The notes beneath the pieces are model-generated. The model made no database searches, was not told where the DNA came from, and saw nothing but the letters and a program-made list of their open reading frames with translations. This document shows, one piece after another, positions 8,864 through 18,946 of a stretch of DNA of 64,000 bases (the first letter of the stretch is position 1; every line of letters begins with the position of its first letter). The DNA comes from Candidatus Bipolaricaulota bacterium (GTDB lineage Bacteria; Bipolaricaulota; Bipolaricaulia; UBA7950; UBA9294). The stretch lies in contig JBFMGK010000027.1 of the NCBI GenBank assembly GCA_040752575.1, positions 56,016 to 120,015 of the forward strand, in the 5' to 3' direction. The position numbers were made by a program, and so were the translations under genes.

Positions 8864-9898
8864 TCAGCCTACTGAAGGTCGGAGTTCGCGCGTCGCGAGA
8901 TCGATCCCGGGCCGCAGGATCTTCTCGTACGAGAACGCTTGGCGCGCGGCGCGCATTCCGGCGCGTTCATACACGCGCAGGGCGCCGGTGAGGTTCTGGG
9001 AGTCCATGTCGAGTTCGACCGTCGCGTACTCGCGCCGGCGGAACTCGGCGAACGTGTGCCGGAGCAGGGCGAGGGCGATGCCGCGCTTCCGCCACGCGGG
9101 TCGGACGCCCAGCGCGTCGACGTACCCACGCGTCTTGTCGTCGACGACGCGGTCCTGGCACAGAGAGATGCCGACGATCTCGCGCCCGTCGACAGCGAGA
9201 AACCACAGCGAGGCGTCCGGGGAGTTGCCTGGACGCGACAGGTCTTCGCGCCACTCGCGCAACGCCTCGTCGAATGGCCGTTCGATGAACCCCCAGTGGT
9301 CGCGCCAGGTCTCGGACTGCATGCGTACGATATCCGGGAGGTCGGCGTCGATGTCGGCGGTGCGGACTTCAACCCCGGCCGGCCATTCAGGAGGCGGCGT
9401 CGGCGACGAGAGGTCGATCCGCATGCGATTCGCGACACGCACGAGGCGGAAGCCCAAACGTTCGGCCGATGAGCGCCTCGCCGGATCGGCAGCGCTCATC
9501 TGCGTGACGGCGGCGACGCGGATCCCCTCGGCAGCTCGAGGCACCCACGCGGCAACCCGGCGCAAAGCCCAGCTGTGAAGCCAGTCCCAGAGCGGGGCGC
9601 GATCCTCGTAGAGCGGGTGCACGGTCGCCGAGCAGCTGATCTCGGCGTACGGTTCCCCTACATCGTTTGCCGAAGCGATGCCGGCTATGCGGCCGGCGTC
9701 GTCCACGACGAAGCGCAGGTCGGAAGCGAGGTTCATTCGCGGTCCGCCCCACCAGGCGCGGATGTCGTCGATCGTCAACTGGTCTTCGCCGAACAGCTTT
9801 CGCGAACGCGCGTTGAGCATCTCGGCCACCTGTTGCACGTCTTCCCATTGTGCAGCGCGGTCGATCCAGCCGTCGGGCCAGGGGGTCGTCATCGTCAT
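8864..9898 (-). CDS. Tandem-domain GNAT N-acetyltransferase, paralogue of 6776..7795
   Basis: LGVRPAWRKRGIALALL; DSQNLTGALRVYERAGM. Confidence 0.88.
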   Translation of the reverse strand: MTMTTPWPDGWIDRAAQWEDVQQVAEMLNARSRKLFGEDQLTIDDIRAWWGGPRMNLASDLRFVVDDAGRIAGIASANDVGEPYAEISCSATVHPLYEDRAPLWDWLHSWALRRVAAWVPRAAEGIRVAAVTQMSAADPARRSSAERLGFRLVRVANRMRIDLSSPTPPPEWPAGVEVRTADIDADLPDIVRMQSETWRDHWGFIERPFDEALREWREDLSRPGNSPDASLWFLAVDGREIVGISLCQDRVVDDKTRGYVDALGVRPAWRKRGIALALLRHTFAEFRRREYATVELDMDSQNLTGALRVYERAGMRAARQAFSYEKILRPGIDLATRELRPSVG

Positions 9899-9992
9899 GG
9901 CATCAAGAGTGTACAACCAGCGTTTCTCGTTCGTTGCTCGGCAGCGCGTGCCCAGAGACGCCGCGCTTCCGGAACGGCGGGGTGAGAGGAGA

Positions 9993-10021
9993 TTGCATAA
10001 CAACACACTGTTCTGTAAACT
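9993..10021 (+). promoter_or_regulatory. Putative sigma70 promoter
   Basis: TTGCAT-N17-TAAACT in an AT-rich patch about 40 nt before ATG 10061. Confidence 0.6.
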
Positions 10022-10060
10022 GGCCCCGTGCTCACAAGGATCCGCGAAGGGAGGTGGGCG

Positions 10061-10996
10061 ATGATCCAGATCGGTTCCGTACAAGCTGACATTCGGTTTG
10101 AGTCCGGGTCGCTCGAACGCCTGTTCGCCGATCCTGCGTCCGTCCTCGCAGATGCCGAGACGTTCTGGGAGCGCGAGGAACCGATGCGCTGCGCGAGGGG
10201 ATGGCACACTGCGGTCGGCGTGCCGGTCGACCTCGAGCGCTTCCGCGCTGCGATCTGGCCCATTGCCTCGATGAGCCCGGCCGAACGCGAGAGCCACCCG
10301 GCCCTTCTGATGACCCGACGGGTCATGGCGGAGGAGGCGCGCTTTCTTGCAGAGGGCTTGCCGCATCTCTGCGCGCTGTTGCCCGCGAATCCCGCGACGC
10401 TCAACATCCGCGTCCTGTTCGCGGGCGGCCTGAGGACGAATGCCTTTGCCCACGAGCAGGTTGTCGTCAATTCGACCTCGGCGTTCTGGCATTCGGCGGG
10501 CCTTTCGATTCCGGAGCGCGCGTCGTGGGTGCTGAACCTCTTGGTCCACGAGTGCTGGCACGCCGGGTACTGCGAGAATCAACCCTATTGGACCGATCGG
10601 CGCGAGGAGAGCGGCCTGCTTTGGCGACTGCTCGTGAACCTTCAGAACGAGGGAACGGCGACCTATGCCAACTACACTGCGCGGCGTGTGTTCCCGGCCC
10701 CCGCTGACCAGGACTTCCGGATGCTCGACGATCCTGCGGAGATCGCGGGCAAGATCCGGATGACGAACACCATTCTCGCGCGGCGAGAGGATCTCGACGA
10801 GGCGGCCCTACGGGATCTCGTGTGGACTGAGGGCGTCCTCGGACGGGCGTTCTACGTGGCGGGTGCGCACATGGCGAGGACGATCGACGAGCGGCTCGGG
10901 CGAAAGGCGCTCACCGACACCGTGGCTGCCGGCCCGATGTCGTTTGCGAGGGCATACAATGGGGCTGCCGAGGCCGCCCTGAGGCTTGAAGTCTAG
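10061..10996 (+). CDS. Putative Zn-dependent (gluzincin-type) protease, DUF5700-like
   Basis: HECWH zinc motif with downstream NEGTATY; GGAGG RBS. Confidence 0.7.
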   Translation: MIQIGSVQADIRFESGSLERLFADPASVLADAETFWEREEPMRCARGWHTAVGVPVDLERFRAAIWPIASMSPAERESHPALLMTRRVMAEEARFLAEGLPHLCALLPANPATLNIRVLFAGGLRTNAFAHEQVVVNSTSAFWHSAGLSIPERASWVLNLLVHECWHAGYCENQPYWTDRREESGLLWRLLVNLQNEGTATYANYTARRVFPAPADQDFRMLDDPAEIAGKIRMTNTILARREDLDEAALRDLVWTEGVLGRAFYVAGAHMARTIDERLGRKALTDTVAAGPMSFARAYNGAAEAALRLEV

Positions 10997-11093
10997 GCAA
11001 GCCGCGCGTGCGGCCGCGCAGCGGTGAACCTCGGAGTTGTATGGCGCTACACAACGGGCAGCGGGACTCCATCGGACCGCCGTGCAAGGAGAC

Positions 11094-12440
11094 ATGATGG
11101 GTCGCGAGACGTGGAAGGGAATGGGAACGTTCACGGCCATCTGGGCCGGCCAATTGCTGTCGCTCCTGGGTACCGGGATGACGCAGTTCGCGATGACCAT
11201 CTGGGCATGGCAGAAGACCGGGCAGGCAACGGCCCTTGCGCTGGTCGGCGTCTGCGCCTTCACGCCGGTGATCCTCGTGAGCCCGTTGGCGGGCGTCATC
11301 GTCGACCGAACGAGCCGGAAGCTGCTGATGATCCTTGCGGACGTGGCGGCGGGATTGGGCACGCTCGTCGTGCTTTGCCTCTACCTCGCCGATGCTTTGG
11401 AGATTTGGCACCTGTACATCATCGTCGCGGCAATCGGAACCTTCGGCGCGTTCCAGTTCCCCGCGTATTCGTCGACGATCAGCGTGCTGGTTGACAAGTC
11501 GCAGTACGCCCGCGCCAGCGGGATGATGTCGCTCGCCGGGTCGATCTCCGGCGTGTTCGCCCCCATTGCTGCGGGAATCCTGCTTGGGCCGATCGGGGTT
11601 TCCGGGATCCTCGGCGTCGATCTCGCGACGATGACGACGGCGGTGGTCATCCTCCTTTTCGCACGCATCCCGCGCCCCGCGGTCTCGGCCGAAGGCGCAA
11701 AGGGCCGCGGCAGTCTGTTCCGCGAGGCTTCCTACGGATTCAAGTACATCCTTGCGCGCCATGGGCTGCTCGGACTGCTGGGGATGTTCTTCCTATTCAA
11801 TGTCATGACCAGCTTCGGGTTCAGCGTCCTCGCCCCGATGATCCTTGCGCGAACGGGGAACGACAGCCTCATCTTGGGCAGTGCGCAGTCGGCAGCCGGG
11901 ATCGGTGGCGTCGTGGGCGGGGTCTTGCTGAGTCTCTGGGGCGGTCCGAAACGGCGCGTACACGGCGTCTTGCTGGGCTGCGCCTTTGGCGGGCTCGTCG
12001 GCCTCGCGGGGGCCGGCGTGAGCCGATCTCTGCCGGCCTGGGCTACGACGATGTTCCTGATGGCGATGGTCTTCCCAACCGTCAATGCGTCGAGCCAATC
12101 GATCTGGCAGTCGAAGGTCCCGCCGGACCTTCAGGGTCGCGTGTTCTCGGTCCGTCTGATGCTCGCGCAGTTCGGCACGCCGATGGCGATGCTGCTCGCC
12201 GGCCCGCTGGCCGATCGCGTGTTCGAGCCCGGAATGAGAGCGGGCGGTGCGCTCGCGGGGGTGTTCGGTCCCCTGGTGGGCACTGGGCCGGGCGCCGGGA
12301 TGGCGCTGATGCTGGTGTTCGGCGGCGTCCTGTCGATGGTCGCTGCGCTGAGTGGGTACGCCTATCGTCCTGTGCGCAGCGTCGAAACTGCGCTTCCGGA
12401 TCATGATCAGGCGGCGCCGGTTCCGGACGCGGCGCCCTGA
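11094..12440 (+). CDS. MFS transporter (DHA3 / macrolide-efflux-like)
   Basis: GQLLSLLGT.MT.FA; GVIVDRTSRK; QSKVPPDLQGRVFS. Confidence 0.9.
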   Translation: MMGRETWKGMGTFTAIWAGQLLSLLGTGMTQFAMTIWAWQKTGQATALALVGVCAFTPVILVSPLAGVIVDRTSRKLLMILADVAAGLGTLVVLCLYLADALEIWHLYIIVAAIGTFGAFQFPAYSSTISVLVDKSQYARASGMMSLAGSISGVFAPIAAGILLGPIGVSGILGVDLATMTTAVVILLFARIPRPAVSAEGAKGRGSLFREASYGFKYILARHGLLGLLGMFFLFNVMTSFGFSVLAPMILARTGNDSLILGSAQSAAGIGGVVGGVLLSLWGGPKRRVHGVLLGCAFGGLVGLAGAGVSRSLPAWATTMFLMAMVFPTVNASSQSIWQSKVPPDLQGRVFSVRLMLAQFGTPMAMLLAGPLADRVFEPGMRAGGALAGVFGPLVGTGPGAGMALMLVFGGVLSMVAALSGYAYRPVRSVETALPDHDQAAPVPDAAP

Positions 12441-12447
12441 GCGCCGC

Positions 12448-12936
12448 CTAGCGGCGGGGCAACTTGCCGCGCAACGCGCGCTCGACGCATGCCGGCACGA
12501 AGCTCGCGACGCTGCCCCCGTACGAGGCGACTTCCTTCACCATCGACGACGCAAGGAAGCTGTATTTCCCTGCGGTCATGAAGAAGACGCTCTCGAACTC
12601 CGGCGCCAAGTCTCGATTGGCGAGCGCCATCTGGAACTCATACTCGAAGTCGGAGTTGGCGCGCAGCCCGCGCACGATGGCATCCGCTGCGTGGGTTCGC
12701 GCGCACTCGACGAGGAGGCCGTCGTAGCTGATCACCGCGATGCCGGCAATCCCCTCTTCTTCCAGAGCCTCTCGCGTGAGCTGAACACGCTCGTCGAGCG
12801 TGAAGAACGAGGTTTTCTGGGGGTTGGCGACGACAGCGATGAGGAGCCGGTCGAACAGCTTCTTCGCTCGACGCGCGATGTCGATGTGACCGAACGTGAT
12901 CGGGTCGAAGCTGCCGGGGTAGATGGCCGTCGCCAT
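12448..12936 (-). CDS. coaD: Pantetheine-phosphate adenylyltransferase
   Basis: AIYPGSFDPITFGHIDI; RGLR..SDFEYE.QMA..N. Confidence 0.97.
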   Translation of the reverse strand: MATAIYPGSFDPITFGHIDIARRAKKLFDRLLIAVVANPQKTSFFTLDERVQLTREALEEEGIAGIAVISYDGLLVECARTHAADAIVRGLRANSDFEYEFQMALANRDLAPEFESVFFMTAGKYSFLASSMVKEVASYGGSVASFVPACVERALRGKLPRR

Positions 12937-12977
12937 GATGCGGCGATCGTACCGATCTCGGAGAAGTCCAGCAAGAC

Positions 12978-14231
12978 CTACGCCTCCGGCCCCACGGTCG
13001 TGAGGTTCGTGCCGTCCGGTTGGTCGTACCGCGAGACGGCTGCGGCGACGCTGTCACCGCCCACGGCATCGTAGATGGCGAGCACCCGATCGGGCGAAAG
13101 GATCTCGCGATCGGCGAGCGTTGCGGCGCCGAGCCGCATGGCGCGGTGGGCGTTCGACTCCAGGCCCAGGATGAACGAGCCGCGAATCCGCGACTTCGCG
13201 AGCGCGACCTCCTCTTCGGCAATAGGCTCGGAGCGGAGGCGGTCGAACTCGGCGAGCAGGATCTTCACGACGGCATCCGTCGTCTCGGGGGCCACCCCTG
13301 CGTATGCGAGCCAGAGGCCGGCATCGGCGAACCGACTGACCGTGCTGTGGACGGAGTACGCCAGGCCGCGCTCTTCGCGGACTGCCGTGAACAGGCGCGA
13401 GCTGGTTCCGTCGCCGAGCACGGCGTTGGCCACGTCGAGCGCGTACTTCTCGGGGTCAACGTGGAGCGGACCAGGCAGCCCGAGGTAGATGTGGGTTTGC
13501 CCCGTCGGCTGGGCATGGTGCACTCGCGCGGGCCGGAAGACCGGCGGGCATCGGTGCGGCCTGCGCCGTTCCTCGGGGCCAAAGCCCTTGAGACGGCGAT
13601 CGACGTCCTCGACGAGGGTTTCCGTGTCGAGTGCGCCTGCGGCCGCGATCACCAGATTGGCCGGGCGATAGAACCGCTCATGGAAGGCGACGACATCGCG
13701 GCGCGAGACCCGCTCCATGGAGATTCTGGATCCAAGGACGGGGCGCGACAGCGGATGCTGGTCGGCCCACAGTCCCCCCATGAAGCGGTCAAATGCCGTC
13801 TGCTCAGGGTCGTCCTCGTAGCCGCGGATCTCCTCGAGCACGACGTTGCGTTCGAGTTCGATTTTGTCGGGCGCAAGGAGGGGGTGAAAGACGAGATCGA
13901 GGAGGAGGTCGACGGCCTTCGCGAGGCCGTCCGCGGGGACATCGGCGTAGTAGCAGGTTGCTTCCTTGCTTGTCGCGGCGTCGAGGAAGCCTCCGACGGC
14001 GTCGATCTCCTGAGACACGCGCAACGCACTGCGGGTCGTGGTCCCCTTGAAGGCGAGGTGTTCGAGGAAGTGGGCCAGCCCCTCCGCGCCGTCGGGATCG
14101 TCGCGGGAGCCTGCCTCAACCCAGACGCCGATACTCACCGAGCGCGACTGCGGAACCTCTTCCGCGAGGATCCGCAGTCCGCTCGGGAGCTCGACTCGGG
14201 TTGTGCCCTCGTACAGCGGCTCGACTACCAC
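12978..14231 (-). CDS. M16 (pitrilysin) family zinc peptidase
   Basis: HFLEH inverted zinc motif; SSRLF..VREERGLAYSV; directly downstream of pnp. Confidence 0.93.
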   Translation of the reverse strand: MVVEPLYEGTTRVELPSGLRILAEEVPQSRSVSIGVWVEAGSRDDPDGAEGLAHFLEHLAFKGTTTRSALRVSQEIDAVGGFLDAATSKEATCYYADVPADGLAKAVDLLLDLVFHPLLAPDKIELERNVVLEEIRGYEDDPEQTAFDRFMGGLWADQHPLSRPVLGSRISMERVSRRDVVAFHERFYRPANLVIAAAGALDTETLVEDVDRRLKGFGPEERRRPHRCPPVFRPARVHHAQPTGQTHIYLGLPGPLHVDPEKYALDVANAVLGDGTSSRLFTAVREERGLAYSVHSTVSRFADAGLWLAYAGVAPETTDAVVKILLAEFDRLRSEPIAEEEVALAKSRIRGSFILGLESNAHRAMRLGAATLADREILSPDRVLAIYDAVGGDSVAAAVSRYDQPDGTNLTTVGPEA

Positions 14232-16876
14232 CGATCCTCAAATCCCGTCCGCGGATCCTCCTCGGTCTGGAGAGGTTCGGTCTCGAAGGCCGGTGGTGCC
14301 TCCTCACGTCGTGCCTGCGAATGGCGCCGGCGCTCGGGATCGCGTCGAGGCTCCGGTTCGGGCGCTCGATCGGGGGCGGGACGCTTCTCGGGCGCGCGGG
14401 GCTTCGAGTCGCCTTCCGGCTCGATCCGGCGGAGCTTGTAACGTCCGCGCTCGTCGATGTCCAGCACTTCCACCTTCACGCGGTCCCCGGTGCGGACGAT
14501 GTCGGTGACCCTCCGCACGTAGTCCTCGGAAAGGGCCGAGATGTGGATGAGGCCCGTGACGTCGGGCGCCAACTCAACGAAGGCGCCGTAGTCCGTCGTG
14601 TTGGTGACGGTCCCGTCGATGACGTCGCCGGCGTGGACTTCTCGCGCCGGGGTCGAAGTCGGAGCGGCTCGCCGCTCGCTGCCGCCCCCTGCTCCGCGCC
14701 GCGGCCCGCGCTCTCCGCGGTCCCCGCGTTCGCCGCGATCGCGTCGGCCTCGGGGCTCGCGCGGCCGGGCTTCCCCGGTCGGCTCGCCTTCTTCGACGCG
14801 ACGCAGGTCGGGTCGCCCCATCTTGTCTTCGCCGATCACCTCGACGGTCATCTCATCGCCCGGCGCGACGATGTCGCGCACGTTGTCGACGTAGCCCGAC
14901 GAGAGGTTCGAGACGTGGACCAAGCCCTCGCCGCCACCGCGCATCTCGACGAAGGCGCCGAAGTCGACGACGCGGGTTACGCGTGTCTTGAACACCATGC
15001 CGACTTCGAGTTCGGCCGTCAGGTCTTCGATTCGCTGTCGCGCAGCCTCCGCAGCCGGGCCGTCGACCGCGGCGATCCGCACGGTGCCGTCGTCGGCAAT
15101 GTCGATCTCCGCTCCGGTCTCCTCGATGATCTGGCGAATCATCTTGCCGCCCGGGCCGATGACGAGGCCGATCTTCTCCACCGGGATCGTGATCGTGATC
15201 AGCTTGGGCGCGTAGGGTGAGAGCTCCTCCCTCGGCGTTGCGAGGGTCCGCTCCATCTCGTCGAGGATGGCCGTCCGCGCGCGGCGTGCTTGTTCCAGGG
15301 CGCGGCGCAACGTGGCGCTGTCGATCCCGCCGACCTTCACATCGAGCTGGAAACCCGTGACACCGTCTCGGGTTCCTACGACCTTGAAGTCCATGTCGCC
15401 ATGGTGGTCTTCGGAGCCCAGGATGTCGGTCAAGATGACGCGACGCCCGCTGTTCTGCTCCTCGATCATGCCCATCGCTACGCCGGCCACGGGCTTTCGG
15501 ATCGGGACGCCGGCGTCCATCATGGCGAGCGTTGCACTGCACACCGTGGCCATCGACGAAGACCCGTTCGACTCGAGGATCTCTGAGACGATGCGGACCA
15601 CGTACGGGAAGTCCTCCTCGCTCGGGAGAACGGCCTGGAGGGAGTTCTCGGCCAAGTAGCCGTGGCCGATCGATCGGCGGCTCGGCGAGCCGATGCGGCC
15701 GACCTCTCCGACGCTGAACGGCGGGAAGTTGTAATGGAGCATGAACCGCTTGCGGCCGTCCAGCAGCATCTGGTCGATGATCTGTTCGTCCGTGCGGGTA
15801 GCTCCGAGGGTCACGATGCCCAGGCTCTGCGTCTCGCCGCGGGTGAACAGCGACGAGCCGTGCGTGCGCGGGAGAACCCCCACGCGGCAAGTGATCGGGC
15901 GGAGATCCTCGGGGCCGCGGCCGTCGATGCGCACATTCCGGTCGAGGATCTGCTTGCGGGTGAAGTCCTTCAGAAGTCCGTCAACGAGGTTCGACATGCG
16001 CTCCACTGTGGCCGAACTCACCTCGCCGTTGGGCTCTCGTGGGGCGAGTTCTGCTACGGCGCGATCCCGCAGGGCGCCAACGAACTCCCCGCGCCCTTGC
16101 TTCGTTCCGATTTGTAGGAGCGTGGGAAACTCGTTCCAGATGAGCGCGCGAAGCGGATCCAGGAGCGGATCGGCCGCCGGAGGCGTCACCGCGATCTTCT
16201 CCGGTGCGACACGCTCCGCGAACCGCTTCTGTAGCTCGATGATCTGGCGGATGGCCGCGTGCGCGAGCTCGATCGCTTCGACGACCTCGTCTTCTGTGAG
16301 CTCGCTCATCATGCCCTCGACCATCGTGACGGTCCGCTCGGTTCCCGCCACGGTGATGTCCACGCCGCTTTCGGCCTGGACCTCCATGCTGGGATTCACG
16401 ACGAATCGCCCGTTCTCCCGGCCGACCTTGACGCCGGCGATAGGCCCCTGGAACGGGGCGCTCGAGATCATGAGCGCCGCCGATGCGCCGCAGATGGCCA
16501 GGACGCCCGGCGAGCACCCGGGCTCCGCCGAGAGCACGGTGGCGACAATCTGAACCTCTTCGTTGTAGCCGTCCGGGAACAGCGGACGAATGGGGCGATC
16601 GATCATCCGGCCGCTCAGCACGGCCGCGTCGCTCGGCTTTCCTTCCCGTTTGAAGAAGCCTCCCGGGATCTTGCCGCTTGCATAGAAGCGTTCCTCGTAG
16701 TCGACGCGAAGAGGGAAGTAGCCTTGATCTTCCTTGGCCTTTTCGGTCACGACCGTCACGAGGATGTGCGTGTCGCCGTAGGTGGCGAGCACAGCCCCGT
16801 CGGCCTGGCGGGCGAGCTGGCCGGTCTCAAATGCCAGTTCTTTCCCGTTGAACAGAATGCTTTCGCGAATGTACAT
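14225..16876 (-). CDS. pnp: Polyribonucleotide nucleotidyltransferase with an extra C-terminal S1 domain
   Basis: GKIPGGFFKREG; HGSSLFTRGETQ; SNGSSSMA; DMDFKV; KH domain; two S1 domains. Confidence 0.97.
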   Translation of the reverse strand: MYIRESILFNGKELAFETGQLARQADGAVLATYGDTHILVTVVTEKAKEDQGYFPLRVDYEERFYASGKIPGGFFKREGKPSDAAVLSGRMIDRPIRPLFPDGYNEEVQIVATVLSAEPGCSPGVLAICGASAALMISSAPFQGPIAGVKVGRENGRFVVNPSMEVQAESGVDITVAGTERTVTMVEGMMSELTEDEVVEAIELAHAAIRQIIELQKRFAERVAPEKIAVTPPAADPLLDPLRALIWNEFPTLLQIGTKQGRGEFVGALRDRAVAELAPREPNGEVSSATVERMSNLVDGLLKDFTRKQILDRNVRIDGRGPEDLRPITCRVGVLPRTHGSSLFTRGETQSLGIVTLGATRTDEQIIDQMLLDGRKRFMLHYNFPPFSVGEVGRIGSPSRRSIGHGYLAENSLQAVLPSEEDFPYVVRIVSEILESNGSSSMATVCSATLAMMDAGVPIRKPVAGVAMGMIEEQNSGRRVILTDILGSEDHHGDMDFKVVGTRDGVTGFQLDVKVGGIDSATLRRALEQARRARTAILDEMERTLATPREELSPYAPKLITITIPVEKIGLVIGPGGKMIRQIIEETGAEIDIADDGTVRIAAVDGPAAEAARQRIEDLTAELEVGMVFKTRVTRVVDFGAFVEMRGGGEGLVHVSNLSSGYVDNVRDIVAPGDEMTVEVIGEDKMGRPDLRRVEEGEPTGEARPREPRGRRDRGERGDRGERGPRRGAGGGSERRAAPTSTPAREVHAGDVIDGTVTNTTDYGAFVELAPDVTGLIHISALSEDYVRRVTDIVRTGDRVKVEVLDIDERGRYKLRRIEPEGDSKPRAPEKRPAPDRAPEPEPRRDPERRRHSQARREEAPPAFETEPLQTEEDPRTGFEDRW

Positions 16877-16883
16877 GGGTTGT

Positions 16884-17156
16884 TCAGACTCCTCTGATGT
16901 CGAGGCGCTCAAGAAGCGCCTTGTACGCCGAAAGGTCGCGGCGCTTGATGTACTTCAGCAGACGTCGGCGTTGGCCGACGATTCGTCGCAGTCCCCGCTG
17001 GGAACTGAAGTCCTTCTTGTGCCGGTCGAGGTGTTGCGTCAGTTCGTTGACCCGCTCCGTGAGGAGCGCCACTTGCACGGCAGCCGATCCGGTGTCCTTG
17101 TCTCCCTGTCCGAACTCGCGGACGATGTCCGCCTTCTTCTCCGACGTCAAACCCAT
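16884..17156 (-). CDS. rpsO: 30S ribosomal protein S15
   Basis: DTGSAAVQVALLT; HKKDFSSQRGL; upstream of pnp. Confidence 0.97.
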   Translation of the reverse strand: MGLTSEKKADIVREFGQGDKDTGSAAVQVALLTERVNELTQHLDRHKKDFSSQRGLRRIVGQRRRLLKYIKRRDLSAYKALLERLDIRGV

Positions 17157-17213
17157 AGGTTGTCCTCCTCCCACGTCCGAGCGAGGGAGTGTCCTCACGC
17201 CCAGGCGGGGTAG

Positions 17214-18482
17214 CTAGTTGCGTCGCCTCGCGAGGAGGCGGCCGACCTCCGATTGTACCCGCTCTTCGTCGACGGCGAGGACGCGGCGGTCGCGCATCAG
17301 GATCGTGCCGTCTACGATGACGTCGGTGACGTCGGCGGCGGAGGCCGAAAAGGCAAGCCAGCTCGGCGCTTCGTTGAAGGGTATGCCGTGCGGAGTCTTG
17401 AGATCGAGAAGCACGATGTCCGCCACGTCCCCCGCCTGGAGGCGACTCACGGGAAGGCCCAGAGCGTGACGCCCGTCCTCAGTTCCAAGGCGGAGCGCCT
17501 CCGCGGCGGTGAGGCCCCTCACATCCCCTTCGTGGATGCGTGCTGCCAGACAGGCGAACTGCAGCTCGTCCAGCACGTCGAGTCGGTTGTTCGAGGCGGC
17601 GCCGTCCGTTCCGATGGCGACCCTGGCGCCTGCATCCAGGAGCCCGCGAACCGGCGCAAGACCGCTTGCAAGCTTGGCGTTGCTCTTGGGGCAATGGGCG
17701 ACGGCGACGTCCCGGCGGGCCAGGAGCCGTTGCTCTTCGTGGTCTACGTGGACGCAGTGAGCGGCGAGCGTTGGAACGTCGAACGCACCGAGGGACTCCA
17801 AGTAGGCCGGCGGGCGCCGGCCGCGCTCGGCGAGACAATGGGAGACCTCGCCGGCGGTCTCCGACAGGTGCGTGTGCAGACGCAGTCCGCGGTCCCGTGC
17901 GAGCGCGATCGCCTCGCGCCACACGTCTTCCCCGCAGGTTGTGGCGGTGTGCGGACTGACCGCGACGCGGATTCTCCCGCCGGCTGCTCCGTGCCAGCGG
18001 GCAGCGAAGCGGTCGGCTTCCGCGAGTTCCGCCGCACCTCCTTTGGCCATCGAGGGGGCGACGATGCCGTACGACAAGAGCGCGCGAAGACCGCTTTCCT
18101 CGACGGCTCGGGCCACCCCGTCCATGTGGAAATACATGTCGGCAACGGCGACGACGCCAGCCTTTATCGACTCGAGGAGCGCGAGGGATGCGCCCCAATA
18201 GACGTCCTCTTCGGTGAGCGCCTTCTCTTGTGGCCAGATGTGGTGCTCGAGCCACGCCCCGAGCGGGGCGTCGTCCGCCGTGCCGCGCAGGAGCACCATT
18301 GCGAGATGCGTGTGCGCGTTGACGAAGCCGGGGAGCGCGAGTTTGCCGCGCCCGTCGAGGACCTGCGCGTCGGCCGGCCAGCCGGTTGGCTCTCCGATGC
18401 GTTCGATCCTCCCGTCCTGGACCCTCACGGACACGGGGTCGATCCGATCGGGGAGAAGAACGTCCTTCAGCGTAACCGCCAC
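17214..18482 (-). CDS. mtaD: Amidohydrolase, MTA/SAH deaminase-like
   Basis: PGFVNAHTH; HTHLSET; HCPKSNAKLASG; GTDGAASNN.LD. Start codon approximate. Confidence 0.75.
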   Translation of the reverse strand: MAVTLKDVLLPDRIDPVSVRVQDGRIERIGEPTGWPADAQVLDGRGKLALPGFVNAHTHLAMVLLRGTADDAPLGAWLEHHIWPQEKALTEEDVYWGASLALLESIKAGVVAVADMYFHMDGVARAVEESGLRALLSYGIVAPSMAKGGAAELAEADRFAARWHGAAGGRIRVAVSPHTATTCGEDVWREAIALARDRGLRLHTHLSETAGEVSHCLAERGRRPPAYLESLGAFDVPTLAAHCVHVDHEEQRLLARRDVAVAHCPKSNAKLASGLAPVRGLLDAGARVAIGTDGAASNNRLDVLDELQFACLAARIHEGDVRGLTAAEALRLGTEDGRHALGLPVSRLQAGDVADIVLLDLKTPHGIPFNEAPSWLAFSASAADVTDVIVDGTILMRDRRVLAVDEERVQSEVGRLLARRRN

Positions 18483-18577
18483 GGAGACCACCTTCCCTGT
18501 GCGAGCAGTGTACGCCCGCCGGGCTACTACGGCACGGGTGAGGTGGACGCACGACTGCAGAAAAGGTAATGTAACAC

Positions 18578-18946
18578 ATGGAGACAAAAAAGGACCTCGG
18601 ACAAGAGGGGGAAGACGAGGCGTGTCGTGTCCTCCGCTCTGCCGGTTACGAGATCGTTGCGAGGAACTGGCGGAGTCGCTTCGGAGAACTCGATGTCGTC
18701 GCGCGGGAGGGCGACGTGCTGGTGTTCGTCGAGGTTAAGTCGAGAGCGGATCCGAGCTACGGCGGCCCGGAGGCGGCGGTCGGCCGCCGGAAGCAGCGTC
18801 GACTGATCGCCGCAGCGAAAGGGTTTCTGGCGGCAACGGGTTGCGAGCTGGCAGCGCGATTCGACGTGGTGGCCATGGAAGGGGAGACCGTGAGGATCGT
18901 CCGCGACGCGTTCCAGGTGGACGACGATGATTGGGCGGCTCACTAG
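18578..18946 (+). CDS. yraN: YraN family (UPF0102) endonuclease-like protein
   Basis: G..GE..A...L...GY.I..RNWR..GELD.VA; FVEVK; RFDVV. Confidence 0.92.
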   Translation: METKKDLGQEGEDEACRVLRSAGYEIVARNWRSRFGELDVVAREGDVLVFVEVKSRADPSYGGPEAAVGRRKQRRLIAAAKGFLAATGCELAARFDVVAMEGETVRIVRDAFQVDDDDWAAH

